The notes: a model not told the origin generated them from the letters alone. A stretch of DNA of 64,000 bases from Malacoraja senta (GCA_038087875.1 CM075995.1:9426001-9490000), one strand, 5' to 3'; shown: positions 50,895 through 64,000, numbered from the stretch's first letter. Translations and numbers: made by a program.

Positions 50895-51403
50895 CATTCT
50901 TGCTATTGAGGGAGTGCAGCGTAGGTTCACCAGGTTAATTCCCGGGATGGCGGGACTGTCATATCTGAGAGAATGGAGCAGCTGGGCTTGTACACTCTGG
51001 AATTTAGAAGGATGAGAGGTTATCTTATTGAAACATATAAGATTATTAAGGGTTTGGACACGCTAGAGGCAGGAAACATGTTCCCGATGTTGGGAGACAA
51101 GAACCAGGGGCCACACACAGTTTAAGAATAAGGGTAAGCCATTTAGAACGGAGACAAGGAAACACTTTTTCTCACAGAGAGTTGTGAGTCTGTGGAATTC
51201 TCTGCCTCAGAGGGCGGTGGAGGCAGGTTCTCTGGATACTTTCAAGAAGGAGCTAGATAGGGCTCTTAAAGATAGCGGAGTCAAGGGATATGGGGAGAAG
51301 GCAGGAACGGGGTACTGATTGGGGATGATCAGCCATGATCACATTGAATGGCGGTGCTGGCTCGAAGGGCCGAATGGCCTCCTCCTGCACCTGTTGTCTA
51401 TTG
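50895..51403 (+). mobile_element. CR1 3' fragment
   Basis: Same family, frameshifted. Confidence 0.85.
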
Positions 51404-51844
51404 TTTCCCACATCTATTCCGCTCATGATTTTACATATTAAAGATTTCACAATCAGTAAGTAGTTCAAAATAGCTACAATCAAATGCCATTAAAAAGCTA
51501 TTCATTGTATTTTGGATCACAATGTTAAAGCAACAATGGTATATTAATTATTCTAGAAGATTTTCACATTGTTAATATTAATTTTGATTACAACCCAAGA
51601 TTCAACATTTACAGTGCTCTCTTAATCACGTCTGATTGCAAATGTTTGCACTAGAGAAAATGAAAAAATATATAATATTTTAGGCTATTAATTAATCTGC
51701 GTGTTTGATGTTACTGTAAGTTTGTCTTTTTAAACGTGTTAAGCAGGTACTCAAGAAAATCACACACCATTGCATTAATAAAGTGTAGCCACTCTATATG
51801 ATCCGTATCCCTCCTATCCCTGCATATCCATATCTTTTATTTAT

Positions 51845-52185
51845 AAATTTAACTAAACCTCTCATCTTGTTTGATTGTTTGTATATATATTTGTTTGATT
51901 GATAACGAAACTCCGCAAAAACAGCACATGATAGCGCTACAATTTTAGGGTCACCTCACATTGTCCTGCGGTGTGCAGTAGCGAGTTTCGTTCAGATTGA
52001 TGTTATATTTTTAAAAGTTATTGACATTTAAACTTTAATAAACCTGGCAGTCGGGGGACTGCGCATGCGCAGTTGGGGGAGGGTTGCCGGGCCTGCCGCC
52101 ATTTTGAGATCGCCATTTGACTCGTGAGTGGTGGAATATTGCGCCTGGGGACGGGGTCCCAACGGGTCCGCGCTTGGTCTGGCGC
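51845..52185 (+). mobile_element. Putative non-autonomous Helitron-like element
   Basis: Similar to the reverse complement of 1-403. The 3' end ...cccaacgggtccgcgcttggtctgg resembles a degenerate hairpin-plus-CTRR Helitron terminus. Confidence 0.4.
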
Positions 52186-52257
52186 CTGTCCAAAAGTCTC
52201 TCGAAAACCAGAGGACATAGGGTTTTAGATGGAGGAAAGATTAATAGGAAACTAGAC

Positions 52258-54009
52258 ACAGAGTGCTGGAGTAACTCAGTGGGTCAGGCAGCATCTGTGG
52301 AGAACATGGATAGGTGACGTTCACAGAGTGCTGGAGTAACTCAGCGGGTCAGGCAGCATCTGTGGAGAACATGGATAGGTGACGTTTCACAGAGTGCTGG
52401 AGTAACTCAGCGGGTCAGGCAGCATCTGTGGAGAACATGGATAGGTGACGTTTCACAGAGTGCTGGAGTAACTCAGCGGGTCAGGCAGCATCTGTGGAGA
52501 ACATGGATAGGTGACGTTTCACAGAGTGCTGGTGTAAACTCAGCGGGTCAGGCAGCATCTGTGGAGAACATGGATCGGTGACGTTTCACAGAGTGCTGGA
52601 GTAACTCAGCGGGTCAGGCAGCATCTGTGGAGAACGTGGATAGGTGACGTTTCACAGAGTGCTGGAGTAACTCAGTGGGTCAGGCAGCATCTGTGGAGAA
52701 CGTGGATAGGTGACGTTTCACAGAGTGCTGGAGTAACTCAGTGGGTCAGGCAGCATCTGTGGAGAACATGGATAGGTGACGTTTCACAGAGTGCTGGAGT
52801 AACTCAGTGGGTCAGGCAGCATCTGTGGAGAACATGGATAGGTGACGTTTCACAGAGTGCTGGAGTAACTCAGCGGGTCAGGCAGCATCTGTGGAGAACA
52901 TGGATAGGTGACGTTTCACAGAGTGCTGGAGTAACTCAGCGGGTCAGGCAGCATCTGTGGAGCGAAGGAAATGGGCAAACTTTCGGGCCGAAACCCTGAA
53001 GGAAATAGGCAACGTTTCGGGCCGAAACCCGGAAGGGTTTCGGGCCGAAACGTTGCCTATTTCCTTCGCTCCATAGATGCTGCCGGAACATGGATAGGTG
53101 ACGTTTCACAGAGTGCTGGAGTAACTCAGCGGGTCAGGCAGCATCTGTGGAGAACATGGATAGGTGACGTTTCACAGAGTGCTGGAGTAACTCAGCGGGT
53201 CAGGCAGCATCTGTGGTGAACATGGATAGGTGACGTTTCACAGAGTGCTGGAGTAACTCAGCGGGTCAGGCAGCATCTGTGGAGAACATGGATAGGTGAC
53301 GTTTCACAGAGTGCTGGAGTAACTCAGCGGGTCAGGCAGCATCTGTGGAGAACGTGGATAGGTGACGTTTCACAGAGTGCTGGAGTAACTCAGCGGGTCA
53401 GGCAGCATCTGTGGAGAACATGGATAGGTGACGTTTCACAGAGTGCTGGAGTAACTCAGCGGGTCAGGCAGCATCTGTGGAGAACATGGATAGGTGACGT
53501 TTCACAGAGTGCTGGAGTAACTCAGCGGGTCAGGCAGCATCTGTGGAGAACATGGATAGGTGACGTTTCACAGAGTGCTGGAGTAACTCAGCGGGTCAGG
53601 CAGCATCTGTGGAGAACATGGATAGGTGACGTTTCACAGAGTGCTGGAGTAACTCAGCGGGTCAGGCAGCATCTGTGGAGAACATGGATAGGTGACGTTT
53701 CACAGAGTGCTGGAGTAACTCAGCGGGTCAGGCAGCATCTGTGGAGAACGTGGATAGGTGACGTTTCACAGAGTGCTGGAGTAACTCAGCGGGTCAGGCA
53801 GCATCTGTGGAGAACATGGATAGGTGACGTTTCACAGAGTGCTGGAGTAACTCAGTGGGTCAGGCAGCATCTGTGGAGAACATGGATAGGTGACGTTTCA
53901 CAGAGTGCTGGAGTAACTCAGTGGGTCAGGCAGCATCTGTGGAGAACATGGATAGGTGACGTTTCACAGAGTGCTGGAATAACTCAGCGGGTCAGGCAGC
54001 ATCCGTGGA
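52258..54009 (+). repeat. Largest 66-bp minisatellite array (about 24 units plus one cassette)
   Basis: Near-identical tandem units, cassette at about 52961-53084. Confidence 0.95.
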
Positions 54010-55554
54010 AAATCAGTATGAAGAACAGCCCCGACTTGAAACATAGGGTCATAGTGTGATGCAGCATGGAAACAGGCCCTTCGGCCCAACCTGCCACACT
54101 GACCAACATGCCCCATCTACACTAGTCCCACCTGCCTGCATTTGGCCCACATCCCCTCTAAACCTGTCCTATCCATGTACCTGTCTAAATGTTTCTTAAA
54201 CGTTGTGAGATTCCCTGCATCAACAGGCACGGTGCCTTACAATGCCGTGTACGACAGTGATCGCAACTTCTTCTGGCCGCTGGATGGCCGTTGGCTCGCT
54301 AGGAGCTCATCCATCCGCCCTTTGACAGGTCTTGTTTCTGGTCCTGCTGGGGGTCCACAGCCCCCTCCTCAACTGGCAAACCAGGTGGGGGAGACGGTTT
54401 AGTCGCCGACTATCCGACCATGGAGCGGGTAGCACGGGATTCCATGGTACCCGTGGCGGGGGAACTCCCCCCCCCCCCTCCCCGACCTGACCTGACCTGA
54501 CCTGATTCCTATAAGATGGCCAGCGATTGCCCATTCACACTGGTTATCCCACGACGCTAGTGGCCCAACTAACCTACAAATCCATCACATAACTTCGGAC
54601 ATGGGAGGAAACCGGAGCACCCGGAGGAAACCCACGCGGGTCACGGGGAGAACGTACAAACTCCGTACAGACAGCCCCCGAGGTCAGGATTGAACCCGGG
54701 TCTCTGGCGCTGTGAGGCAGCAGCTCTACCCGCCGCGCCACCTTGCCGCCCTCAGTCGCCAGTCTGTGAGTCTGAATCGTTGACGGTGGATAATAAGGAG
54801 ACTGCAGGGAATGTCAGGAATCGTAAAATGACGGGACAGTGGATGTCAGTCCAAAATGAGATCAGATATGGGCTGATTGAATGTTGTGTAGGAAGGAACT
54901 GCAGATGCTGGTTTACACTGGAGACAGACACAAAATGCTGGAGTAACTCAGCGGGACAGGCAGCGTCTGTGGAGAGAAGGAATGGGTGACGTTTCAGGTC
55001 GGGATCCTTCTTCACACTGAGAGACAATAGACAATAGGTGCAGGAGTAGGCTGCACAAACATTGTGGGCTGAAGGGCCTGTTTCTATTCTGTACTGTTCT
55101 ATGTTTTTGCTGCATTAAACTCTCCCCCTCTCACCTTACAGCCACGTCCTCTCGTGTCGGACATTTCCACCCTGGGAAGAAGGTTCTGATTGTCTACCCT
55201 CTCTATGCCTCTCGTTATTTTATACACTTCTCCCGGCGATCTATGGCGTTCCAGAGGAAAGAATCCAAGTAGCGCAGCGGGTAGTGTTGCTGCCTCACAG
55301 CGCCAGAGACCCGGGTTCCATCCTGACTACGGGTGCTGTCTGTACGGAGTTTGTACCTTCTCCCCGTGACCTGCGTGGGTTTTCTCTGGGTGGTCCGGTT
55401 TCCTCCCACACTCCAACGACGTGCGGGTTTGCAGGTTATTTGGCTTCTGTAAAAAATTGTAAAATACGCCTAGTTTCATGGCCACTGGATGGTTATTGAT
55501 GAGGCAGATGGAGAGGCTCCAGAGTTGGGCAATGAGGATCTCAATGGTATCTCT

Positions 55555-56545
55555 AAGGACAATCTTGCTCTTGACGGAGTGCAGCGTAGGTTCAACAGGT
55601 TAATTCCCGGGATGGCGGGACTGTCATATACTGAGAGAATGGAGCAGCTGGGCTTGTACACTCTGGAGTTTAGAAGGATGAGAGGGAATCTCATTGAAAC
55701 ATATAAGATTGTTAAGGGCTTGGACACGCTAGAGGCAGGAAACATGTTCCCGATGTTGGGGGAGTCCAGAACCAGGGGCCACAGTTTAAGAATAAGGAGT
55801 AAGCCATTTAGAACGGAGACGAGGAAACACTTTTTCACACAGAGAGTGGTGAGTCTGTGGAATTCTCTGCCTCAGAGGGCGGTGGAGGCAGGTTCTCTGG
55901 ATACTTTCAAGAGAGAGTTAGATAGGGCTCTTAAAGATAGCGGAGTCAGGTGATATGGGGAGAAGGCAGGAACGGGGTACTGATTGGGGATGATCAGCCG
56001 TGATCACATTGAATGACGGTGCCGGCTCGAAGGGCCGAATGGCCAACTCCTGCACCCTGTTGTCTATTAAATCTTTCCCCTTCACCTTAAACCTATGTCC
56101 GCTGATTCTCGATTCCCCTACTCTGGGCAAGAGACTCTGTGCATCTACCCGATCTATTCCTCTCACGATTTTATACACTATAAGATCACCCCTCATCCTC
56201 CTGCGCTCCAAGGAATAGAGACCCAGCCTGCTCAACCTCTCCCTATAGCTCACACCCTCTAGTCCTGGCAACATCCTCGTAAATCTTCTCTGCACCCTTT
56301 CCAGCTTGACAACATCTTTCCTATAACATCGTGCCCAAAACCTCCTCTTCTTGCGTATGGCGTGCACAGCCTAAAGTTGTAGGACAACTTGTTCTATTTG
56401 GTCTTATTTGATTGTGCACACCAGGTCGATTGCATTCGTCGAAACAGGGCGGACCAGGTGAAGGTTGCAATCTCCCACCCCGTGACCAAAACTGAACACA
56501 ATACTCTAAATGTGGCCTCACCGATGTCTTGTACAACTGCAACAT
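55555..56545. mobile_element. Tail-to-tail CR1 fragments (+ 55555-56067; - 56068-56545)
   Basis: ORFs 55489-55953 (+) and 55918-56367 (-) carry CR1 C-terminal motifs. Confidence 0.8.
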
Positions 56546-56846
56546 GACCTCCCAACTTCTATTGTCAGCTTGTCTGTGGAATAAGAGACGGGTATTGAAA
56601 AATTGTAGAATTGATGGGCTGGGTTTGTTGAGCTTGGTGCCAGTAGTTCATGGGTCTCTGGAAAGGATCCTTGTGGGTGAGATCACGATCAAACAAAGGA
56701 TCTTTATGCTGTTGACCCCACTCCCTGGATGTCTTGAATCATGAAAGCAAACAGACTACAATGCATAATGTGAATGTTTATACAAAGGTGGCGATCCGTG
56801 AGTGCAGAAGGATGAGTGGGGACCTCATTGAAACTTACCGAATAGT

Positions 56847-57717
56847 TTCCGACATACGCTCATCCAATTCAAAACATTACATAGACTATATTATTCAAAA
56901 ACTAAATTAAATACAATCTTTCCTAATGTTTCACCAATCTGTGATAAATGTCTATGTCAAGAAGCTACCATAGCGCATTCTTTTGTTTTTTGTACAAAAA
57001 TCCCAAATTTTTGGTATGAAATATTTGATATTTTCTCAAAATTAATTAAAATAAAACTGGTACCAAAACCAGAATGGATCATTTTTGGAATATCGGAAGG
57101 TATCCCTGAATTAAACGTGTATCAGAAGAACTTATTCAATTACGGGCTAATAATGGGAAAAAGGCTCATACTTAAATTCTGGAAAAATGCGCCCACACCA
57201 ACAATAAAAATGTGGACATCAAATATGTTGGAAACATTACATCTGGAAGAGATGAGATTCCTCTTAGCAGGGAAAGCAGACCAATTCCAAAAGACGTGGT
57301 CTACGTTTTTGGACCTATTACAAGCATGAGGTGCAATAGTAATTTAAAAAATAAATAAATAAAGAATGGTATCAGGACCTGGTAATGGGAGGTAAAACAA
57401 TAAAAACAGACTTGGTCGGTGGTTCCCTTTCTGCGATTGTTCCTACTTTCTTTTTCTTTCTTTTCTAGGATCTACTTTCTTACTTTACTTCCTTCTCTAA
57501 CTTCTTTTTTAAGGGGCTTTCTTTTCACAACACTCTCTTGCACTTCACGATTCTTGCGCACTTTATTTACTTTTCTTACTTCTATCTTTCTCTTAAAGCT
57601 CAAAAAAATGAAGCGGTATAAAAAATGTATTAAGATATAAGTGTTGTGTATTACCGTAATTTACCGTACTTCTAATAAAAATAATAAAAAAATTAAAAAT
57701 TAAAATTTTAAAAAAAA
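56847..57717 (+). mobile_element. 5'-truncated L1/Tx1-clade LINE 3' end
   Basis: Open frame 56850-57329 RHTLIQFKTLHRLYYS...CDKC-x8-H-x4-C (CCHC knuckle), AATAAA at 57674-57679, A-rich tail, 17-bp TSD gaaacttaccgaatagt (56830-56846, 57718-57734). Confidence 0.88.
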
Positions 57718-57839
57718 GAAACTTACCGAATAGTGAAAGTGATAGAGTGGATGTGGAGAGGATGTTTCCACTAGTGGGAGAGTCTAGGACCAGAGGTCAC
57801 AGCCTCAGAATAAAAGGACGTTCCTTTACAAGGGAATGT

Positions 57840-58040
57840 AGACTAAAATGCTGGAGAAACTCAGTGGGACAGGCAGCATCTCTGGAGAGAAGGAATGGGT
57901 GACGCTTCGGGTCGAGACCCTTCTTCTGAAGAAGGTCTGAAGAAGGGTCTGAAGAAGGGTCTCGACCCAAAGCTTCACCCATTCCTTCTCTCCAGAGATG
58001 CTGCCTGTCCCACTGAGTTACTCCAGCATTTTGTGTCTAT
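57840..58040. repeat. Penelope-pLTR-derived palindrome with degenerate hammerhead cores
   Basis: Inverted arms around cttctgaagaaggtctgaagaagggtctgaagaagggtctcgaccc. Confidence 0.7.
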
Positions 58041-58109
58041 CACAGGGAGAGGTTGGGCTGGCTGGGACATTATTCCTTGGAGTACAGGAAGATGAAAGGG
58101 TGATCTTAT

Positions 58110-58515
58110 AGAAACATAAATACTAGGTGCAGGAGTAGGCCATTCCATCCTTCGAGCCAGCACCGCCATTCAATGTGATCATGGCTGATCATCCCCAATC
58201 AGTACCCCGTTCCTGCCTTCTCTCCATATCCCCTGAATCCGTTAGCCCTAAGAGCTAAATCCAACTCTCTCTTGAAAACATCCAGTGAATTGGCCTCCAC
58301 TGACTTCTGTGGCAGAGAATTCCACAGATTCACAACTCTCTGGGTGAAAAAATGTTTCCTCATCTCAGTCCTAAATGGCCGACCCCTTATTCTTAAACTG
58401 TGGTTCTGGACTCCCCCCAACATGGGGAACATATTTCCTGCATCTAGCCTGTCCAATCTCTTAAGAATGTTATGCTATAAGATTCCCTCTCATCCTTCTA
58501 AATTCCAGTGAATAC
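58110..58515 (-). mobile_element. CR1 3' fragment
   Basis: ORF 58199-58456 (-). Confidence 0.8.
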
Positions 58516-58780
58516 AGTTATGGGTAACTGATGGGAAAATGAAGCCATGGTCACATTGAATGGCGGTGCTGGCTCGGAGGGCCGAATGGCCTCCTCTTGC
58601 ACCTATTGTCTATTGAAGCTGATTATTACCTATAGCCTTATTTAAAGCAGACACTCACTTGAAGGGACCAATGACCTGTCCCTGCTTCTATCACCTCTGT
58701 ACTTATGTCTCTGACGTGTAAAACATACAACATTTAACCTAACCCCCGTTGATCTCATTTACATTTCTGTGCAACAGTTG

Positions 58781-59099
58781 AGGGCCTGTCCCACTGTACA
58801 AGCTAATTCAAGAGCTCTCCCGATTTCAACAAAAAAATCAAACTCGTGGGAAGCACGTAGAATGAACGTAGCGGGTACGTCGGAGCTCGTGGGCGTCTCT
58901 TAGCGGCTCGTAACACTAACGGCAGGTACTCGGGAAAAGCGGTAAGCTCGGGAAGACTCGTGAAGATTTTTCAACATGTTGAAAAATGTCCACGAGAGCC
59001 CCGAGTACCTACGAGCGGCCATTACCGTAAATCTCCGAGTTCGAATCAGGGGAAACTCCGGAGAGCTCCTGAATTGGCTCGTACAGTGGGACAGGCCCT
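58781..59099. mobile_element. Second copy of the 539-858 MITE, inverted
   Basis: TIR AGGGCCTGTCCCACTGTAC, interior matches the reverse complement of 539-858, flanks TTG/TTA. Confidence 0.8.
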
Positions 59100-59249
59100 T
59101 TACAACAGATACTACCACATTTGGGGAGCTCTTCAGATCATTCGTGGTGAAGAGGCTCATGGTTCTGATAGCGATGCCGTCGGAAGCACCAGCTTTTGCT
59201 CGGGCCACCCATGGCGGTAAGGTCGAGGATGAGGGTCCAGACTAAGAAC

Positions 59250-59560
59250 CATCCAACCTACAAGACCTCAACGGCGGACAAAGTTATCTTGACCCCAACG
59301 GCTGTGAGGGTGGATGAAGGCTGCAACAGATCTATCGGCTCCAACCGTCTTGGTTCCCTTGCCAATGGAATGAGTTGACTGATTTGTGAAGGACCGGGTG
59401 CTTCTAGGAGAGTGTAACATCAAGTACAAGTTAAACACACACACGCACAGGCGGCTTTCTTCTGAGAGCTGCAGAGCCAGGATTGGACTCACAAGCCACC
59501 TGAGAGTCCATAAAAGCAACAGACCATCATCCTCCACCTCGAGGGATAGCCATCACGACG
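59250..59560 (+). mobile_element. RTE-related non-autonomous element
   Basis: Ends SCRARIGLTSHLRVH (RTE C-terminal motif) plus a short 3'UTR. Paralogous pieces at 34480-34710 and 35365-35466. Confidence 0.55.
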
Positions 59561-59655
59561 GTGGGGCATCGGTAGAATTGCTTTCATACAGAGCCAGAGA
59601 CCGGGTTTGACTACGGGCACTGTCTGTACGGAGCCCGCATGCTCTCCCCATGACC

Positions 59656-60037
59656 ATATAAGATTATTAATGGTTTGGACACGCTAGAGGCAGGAAACAT
59701 GTTCCCGATGTTGGGGGAGTCCAGAACCAGGGGCCACAGTTTAAGAATAAGGAGTAAGCCATTTAGAACCGAGACGAGGAAACACTTTTTCTCACAGAGA
59801 GTGGTGAGTCTGTGGAATTCTCTGCCTCAGAGGGCGGTGGAGGCAGGTTCTCTGGATACTTTCAAGAGAGAGCTAGATAGGGCTCTTAAAGATAGCGGAG
59901 TCAGGGGATATGGGGAGAAGGCAGGAACGGGGTACTGATTGGGGATGATCAGCCATGATCACATTGAATGGCGGTGCTGGCTCGAAGGGCCGAATGGCCT
60001 ACTCCTGCACCTATTGTCTATTGTCTATTGTCTATTG
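59656..60037 (+). mobile_element. CR1 3' fragment inserted in a SINE
   Basis: ORF 59675-59938 with a (tattgtc)3 tail; SINE sequence resumes on both sides. Confidence 0.85.
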
Positions 60038-60356
60038 ACCGCGTTGGCCCTCTCCGGGTGCTCCAATCTCCTCCCACACTCCAAAGAAGCACAGGTTTTA
60101 GCCCATCTGGCTTCGGTAAAATTGTAAACTGTCCTTGGTGTGTAGGACAGTGTACAGGGTGATCGCTGGTCGGCACAGACACAATGGGCCGAAGGGCCTT
60201 GTGGAGGGTTCTATGATCATGAATGGGATTGGGTGAACGCATTTACCCAGTATTTAACGTGAGAGGCGAAAGGTTTAATAGGAACCTGAAGGGTAACGTT
60301 TTCACTCAGTGGGTGGAAGTGGTTGAGGCAGGGACAAGAACAACATTTGTTGACAG

Positions 60357-60738
60357 ATAGACAATAGACAATAGGTACAGGAGTAGGCCATTTGGCCCTT
60401 CGAGCCAGCACCGCCATTCAATGTGATCATGGCTGATCATCCCCAATCAGTACCCCGTTCCTGCCTTCTCCCCATATCCCCTGACTCCGCTATTTTTAAG
60501 AGCCCTATCTAGCTCTCTCTTGAAAGCATCCAGAGAACCTGCCTCCACCGCCCTCTGAGGCAGAGAATTCCACAGACTCACCACTCTCTGTGAGAAAAAG
60601 TGTTTCCTCGTCACTGTTCTAAATGGCTTACTCCTTATTCTTAAACTGTGTCCCCTGGTTCTGGACTCCCCCAAACATCGGGAACATGTTTCCTGCCTCT
60701 AGCGTGTCCAAACCCTTAATAATCTTTTATGTTTCAAT
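60357..60738 (-). mobile_element. CR1 3' fragment
   Basis: ORF 60447-60674 (-). Confidence 0.85.
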
Positions 60739-61116
60739 ACATGGATAGGAAAGACTAAGAAGGATGTTTAAGAATGAACTGCAGATGCTGGAATATCGAA
60801 GGTAGGTAAAAGTGCTGGAGAAACCCAGCGGGTGAGGCAGCATCTATGGAGCGAAGGAAATAGGCAACGTTTCAGGCCGAAACCCTTCTTCAGAGGGATA
60901 TGGGCCAAACATAGGCAGTGGGAATAGTGTGATGGACATCTTGGTCGGCACGGGCAGGGTGGCCCAAGGGCTTCATGACTATGATATGCGTAGGCGATGT
61001 TTTGGGTCGGGACCCTTTTACTGACCCTTCCTTCTTGCATATGTGTGTTTAAGGATGTAACCACACAAACACACTGCACACGAGTTGGAATAGAGATTAA
61101 TGCTGAATGGTGGGGA

Positions 61117-61340
61117 AACTCAGCGGGTCAGGCAGCATCTGTGGAGAACATGGATAGGTGACGTTTCACAGAGTGCTGGAGTAACTCAACGGGTCAGGCA
61201 GCATCTGTGGAGAACATGGATAGGTGACGTTTCACAGAGTGCTGGAGTAACTCAGCGGGTCAGGCAGCATCTGTGGAGAACATGGATAGGTGACGTTTCA
61301 CAGAGTGCTGGAGTAACTCAGCGGGTCAGGCAGCATCTCT
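61117..61340 (+). repeat. 66-bp minisatellite, about 3.5 units
   Basis: Same unit. Confidence 0.85.
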
Positions 61341-62089
61341 GGTCGGGACCCTTCTCCAGTCCTACAGTGATGCACCATGATTTACTGACTGATACACTGA
61401 GTTGTGAACAATGAAGGCAAGCATGCCCTATGTCCTGGGTGAAACCCAATCGCACCTTTGATTGGAGATGGAGGTGGCTAAATCTCTCTCCATCTCATCT
61501 GCTCCGAGCACATATTCATACTGTGAGTACACTTCCAACTATGAATTTCCTCTGCAGAATCGTTAATGATAAACCAAGAAATAATGAGCCAGTTATTCCG
61601 ACTTCAATTGCTGCTCTGTAATCTGGGATAAGATTGGTGATAAGTTAAGAAAATATAGCAAATGGAACCGTTGGTTCACATCGCTGAAATGCTTGACCCA
61701 ATCGCATGTATGCTTCAAAGTAATGCCGCGCTGGACAAAGGAGGCATAGTGTGTGTGCTTACATAGGTAGTCAGAGTATTTGATAAGATCACACATGAAT
61801 AAGCACCAAGCATACATGTATGGATGATAAAGGGGAAATAATTGTGAGCCTTATCTTACAGGTAGGAGGTGCGACTTAGTTTAGTTCACAGAGACACAGC
61901 GCGGAAACAGGCCCTTCGGCCCACCGAGTCCGCGCCGACCAGCGATCCCCCCGCACGCCAGCACTATCCTGCACGCCAGGGACAATTTACAATTTTACCG
62001 GAGCCAATTAACCTACATCTTTGGGATTATGGAGGGAACCGGAGCGCCCGGAGAAAACCCACCCGGTCACGGGGAGAACGTAAAAACTA

Positions 62090-63856
62090 TGAGAGGAGGG
62101 GGGCGTCTGCCTCATGGTCAACTCTGCGTGGTGCTCACACGTGGCAGTCCTGTCCAACTCCTGCTCTCCACACCTGGAACACCTGGCGGTGAAGTGCCGT
62201 TCCTTCTACCTACCGAGGGGATTCACCTCCATCATCCTGACCGCAGTCTACATCCCTCCCCAGGCAGACGTCTGTCTGGCACTGGAGGAGCTGCACGCCG
62301 TGGTCAACAAGCACCAGATGTCTTACCCCAAAGTGTTCACCACCATAGCCGGGGACTTCAACAAAGCCAACCTAAAGAAATCGCTCCCTAACTTCCACCA
62401 ACATGTCTCCTGCTGCACCAGAGGACCAAACACCCTCGACCACTGCTACACCACCATCAAGAATGCCTATCGCTCTATCCCTCGCCCTCACTTCGGTAAA
62501 TCAGACCATACCGCGGTGCTGCTTCTTCCTGCCTACAGGCAGCAATTAAAGAGCGCACCCCCAGAGGTGAGGACAGTACAGAGCTGGTCGAGGGGGGCAG
62601 AGGAACAACTCCAGGACTGTTTGGAGTCTGTAGACTGGGCAATGTTCAGGGACTCGGCAACGGACCTGAACGAATACACCACAGTCGTCATAGACCATAA
62701 AGAAATGTGTGGAGGACTGCATCACTACAAAAACCTCCCGAGCGTTTCCCAATCAGAAGCCTTGGATGAACTTTGAGATCCGCACTCTTCTGAAGACCAG
62801 ACACCGGGCATTCATGTCCGATGATACAGTGGTCTACAAGGAGTCCAGATATGACCTTGGTAAGGCCATCAAAAAGGCCAAAAGGGACTTCTGCTCCAAA
62901 CTGGAGGATGAGACAGATGTTTGGCAGCTGTGGCGGGGCCTGAATGCAATCACCTCCTACAAGGCGAAACCAGGAGGTTGCTCGAATGTTGGCGTAGCAT
63001 CACTCCCTGACGAGCTCAATGCGTTTACGCACGCTTTGATAGGGAGAACACTGATGTGCCTTCCCGAGCCCCCATTCGCTGGGATGGTATTTCAGTCTCA
63101 GTCACAGAGGCCGACGTTAGGAAATCCTTCAGAGGGGTGAACCCTCGAAAAGCGCCTGGACCTGATGGTATACCCAGTTGTGTTTTAAAAACCTGTGCGG
63201 ACCAACTGGCTGGAGTTTTTACGGACATTTTCAACCTCTCACTTCTGAGGTCTGAGGTTCCCACCTGCTTCAAAAGGGCATCAATTATACCGGTGCCCAA
63301 CAAGAGCAAGGTCACATGCCTCAATGACTATCGACCGGTGGCACTAACGCACAGTAGAGAGCATGCTGACCGGTTGCATTGTGGCTTGGTTCGGCAACTT
63401 GAGCGTCCAGGAGCAGAAAAGAATGCAGAAAGTTGTGACCACTGCCCAGTCCATCATCGGCTCTGACCTTCCCACCATCGAGGGGATCTATCGCAGTCGC
63501 TGACTCAAAAAGGCTGCCAGCATCATCAAGGACCCACACCATCCTGGCCACACACTCGTCTCTCCGCTGCCATCAGGTAGAAGGTACAGGAGCCTGAAAT
63601 CTGCAACATCCAGGTTCAGGAATAGCTACTTCCCCACATCAGGGTATTAAACACATCATCAAACTCAGAACTATAACAGCCTATTGCACTTTCCCTGTTT
63701 ATTTATGTGTATATATCTATGGTCTATGGTATATAGACACACTGATCTGTTCTGTATTTATGCTTACTATGTTCTGTAGTGCTGCAGCAAAGCAAGAATG
63801 TAATTGTCCTATCTGGGACACATGACAATAAACTCTCTTGACTTGACTTGACTTGA
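62090..63856 (+). mobile_element. Rex1/Babar-type LINE, internally deleted and frameshifted
   Basis: APE motifs (AVYIPP, AGDFN, TLDHCY, FGKSDH), RT start (KAPGPDGI, CLNDYRPVALT), then a direct jump to the C-terminus (HPGH...PSGRRYRSL...SRFRNSYFP) and a (cttga)n tail. Confidence 0.8.
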
Positions 63857-64000
63857 CAGACAGCACCTGTAGTCAGAATTGAACCAGGTTGTCTGTAGTT
63901 GTAAGGCAGCAACTCTACCGCTGCGTCACCGTGCTGCCTGTGACGGCAATGCGGTGTCCTGTTACAATTGTACAAGGTGTTGGTGAGGCCACATTTGGAG

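Noticed and set aside
52258..54009. CRISPR-like appearance of regular repeats
   Set aside because: Units are contiguous with no unique spacers, there are no cas genes, and the context is vertebrate.

Overview
Eukaryotic, repeat-saturated vertebrate DNA. The repeat complement (HE1-type V-SINEs, CR1/HER1-type LINEs) points to a cartilaginous fish, probably a skate or ray. The only host gene I can support is the 3' end of a HIVEP1 (Schnurri-1/ZNF40) orthologue on the + strand: an acidic penultimate exon (16928-17415), the terminal coding exon (22635-23738) and a short repeat-free 3'UTR. The rest is mostly mobile DNA: a near-intact Passport-like Tc1 DD34E transposon (10811-12420), CR1, Rex1/Babar, L1 and RTE fragments, Penelope-like 3' ends carrying minimal hammerhead ribozyme cores, Penelope-derived palindromes and a dispersed 66-bp minisatellite, several TIR-bounded MITE families, and a 200-N gap. 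I found no new protein-coding system. The most interesting signals are the hammerhead/palindrome/minisatellite series derived from Penelope ends and the Tc1 element that is one base short of intact. Family names come from motif recognition, not database searches, and many repeat boundaries are approximate.
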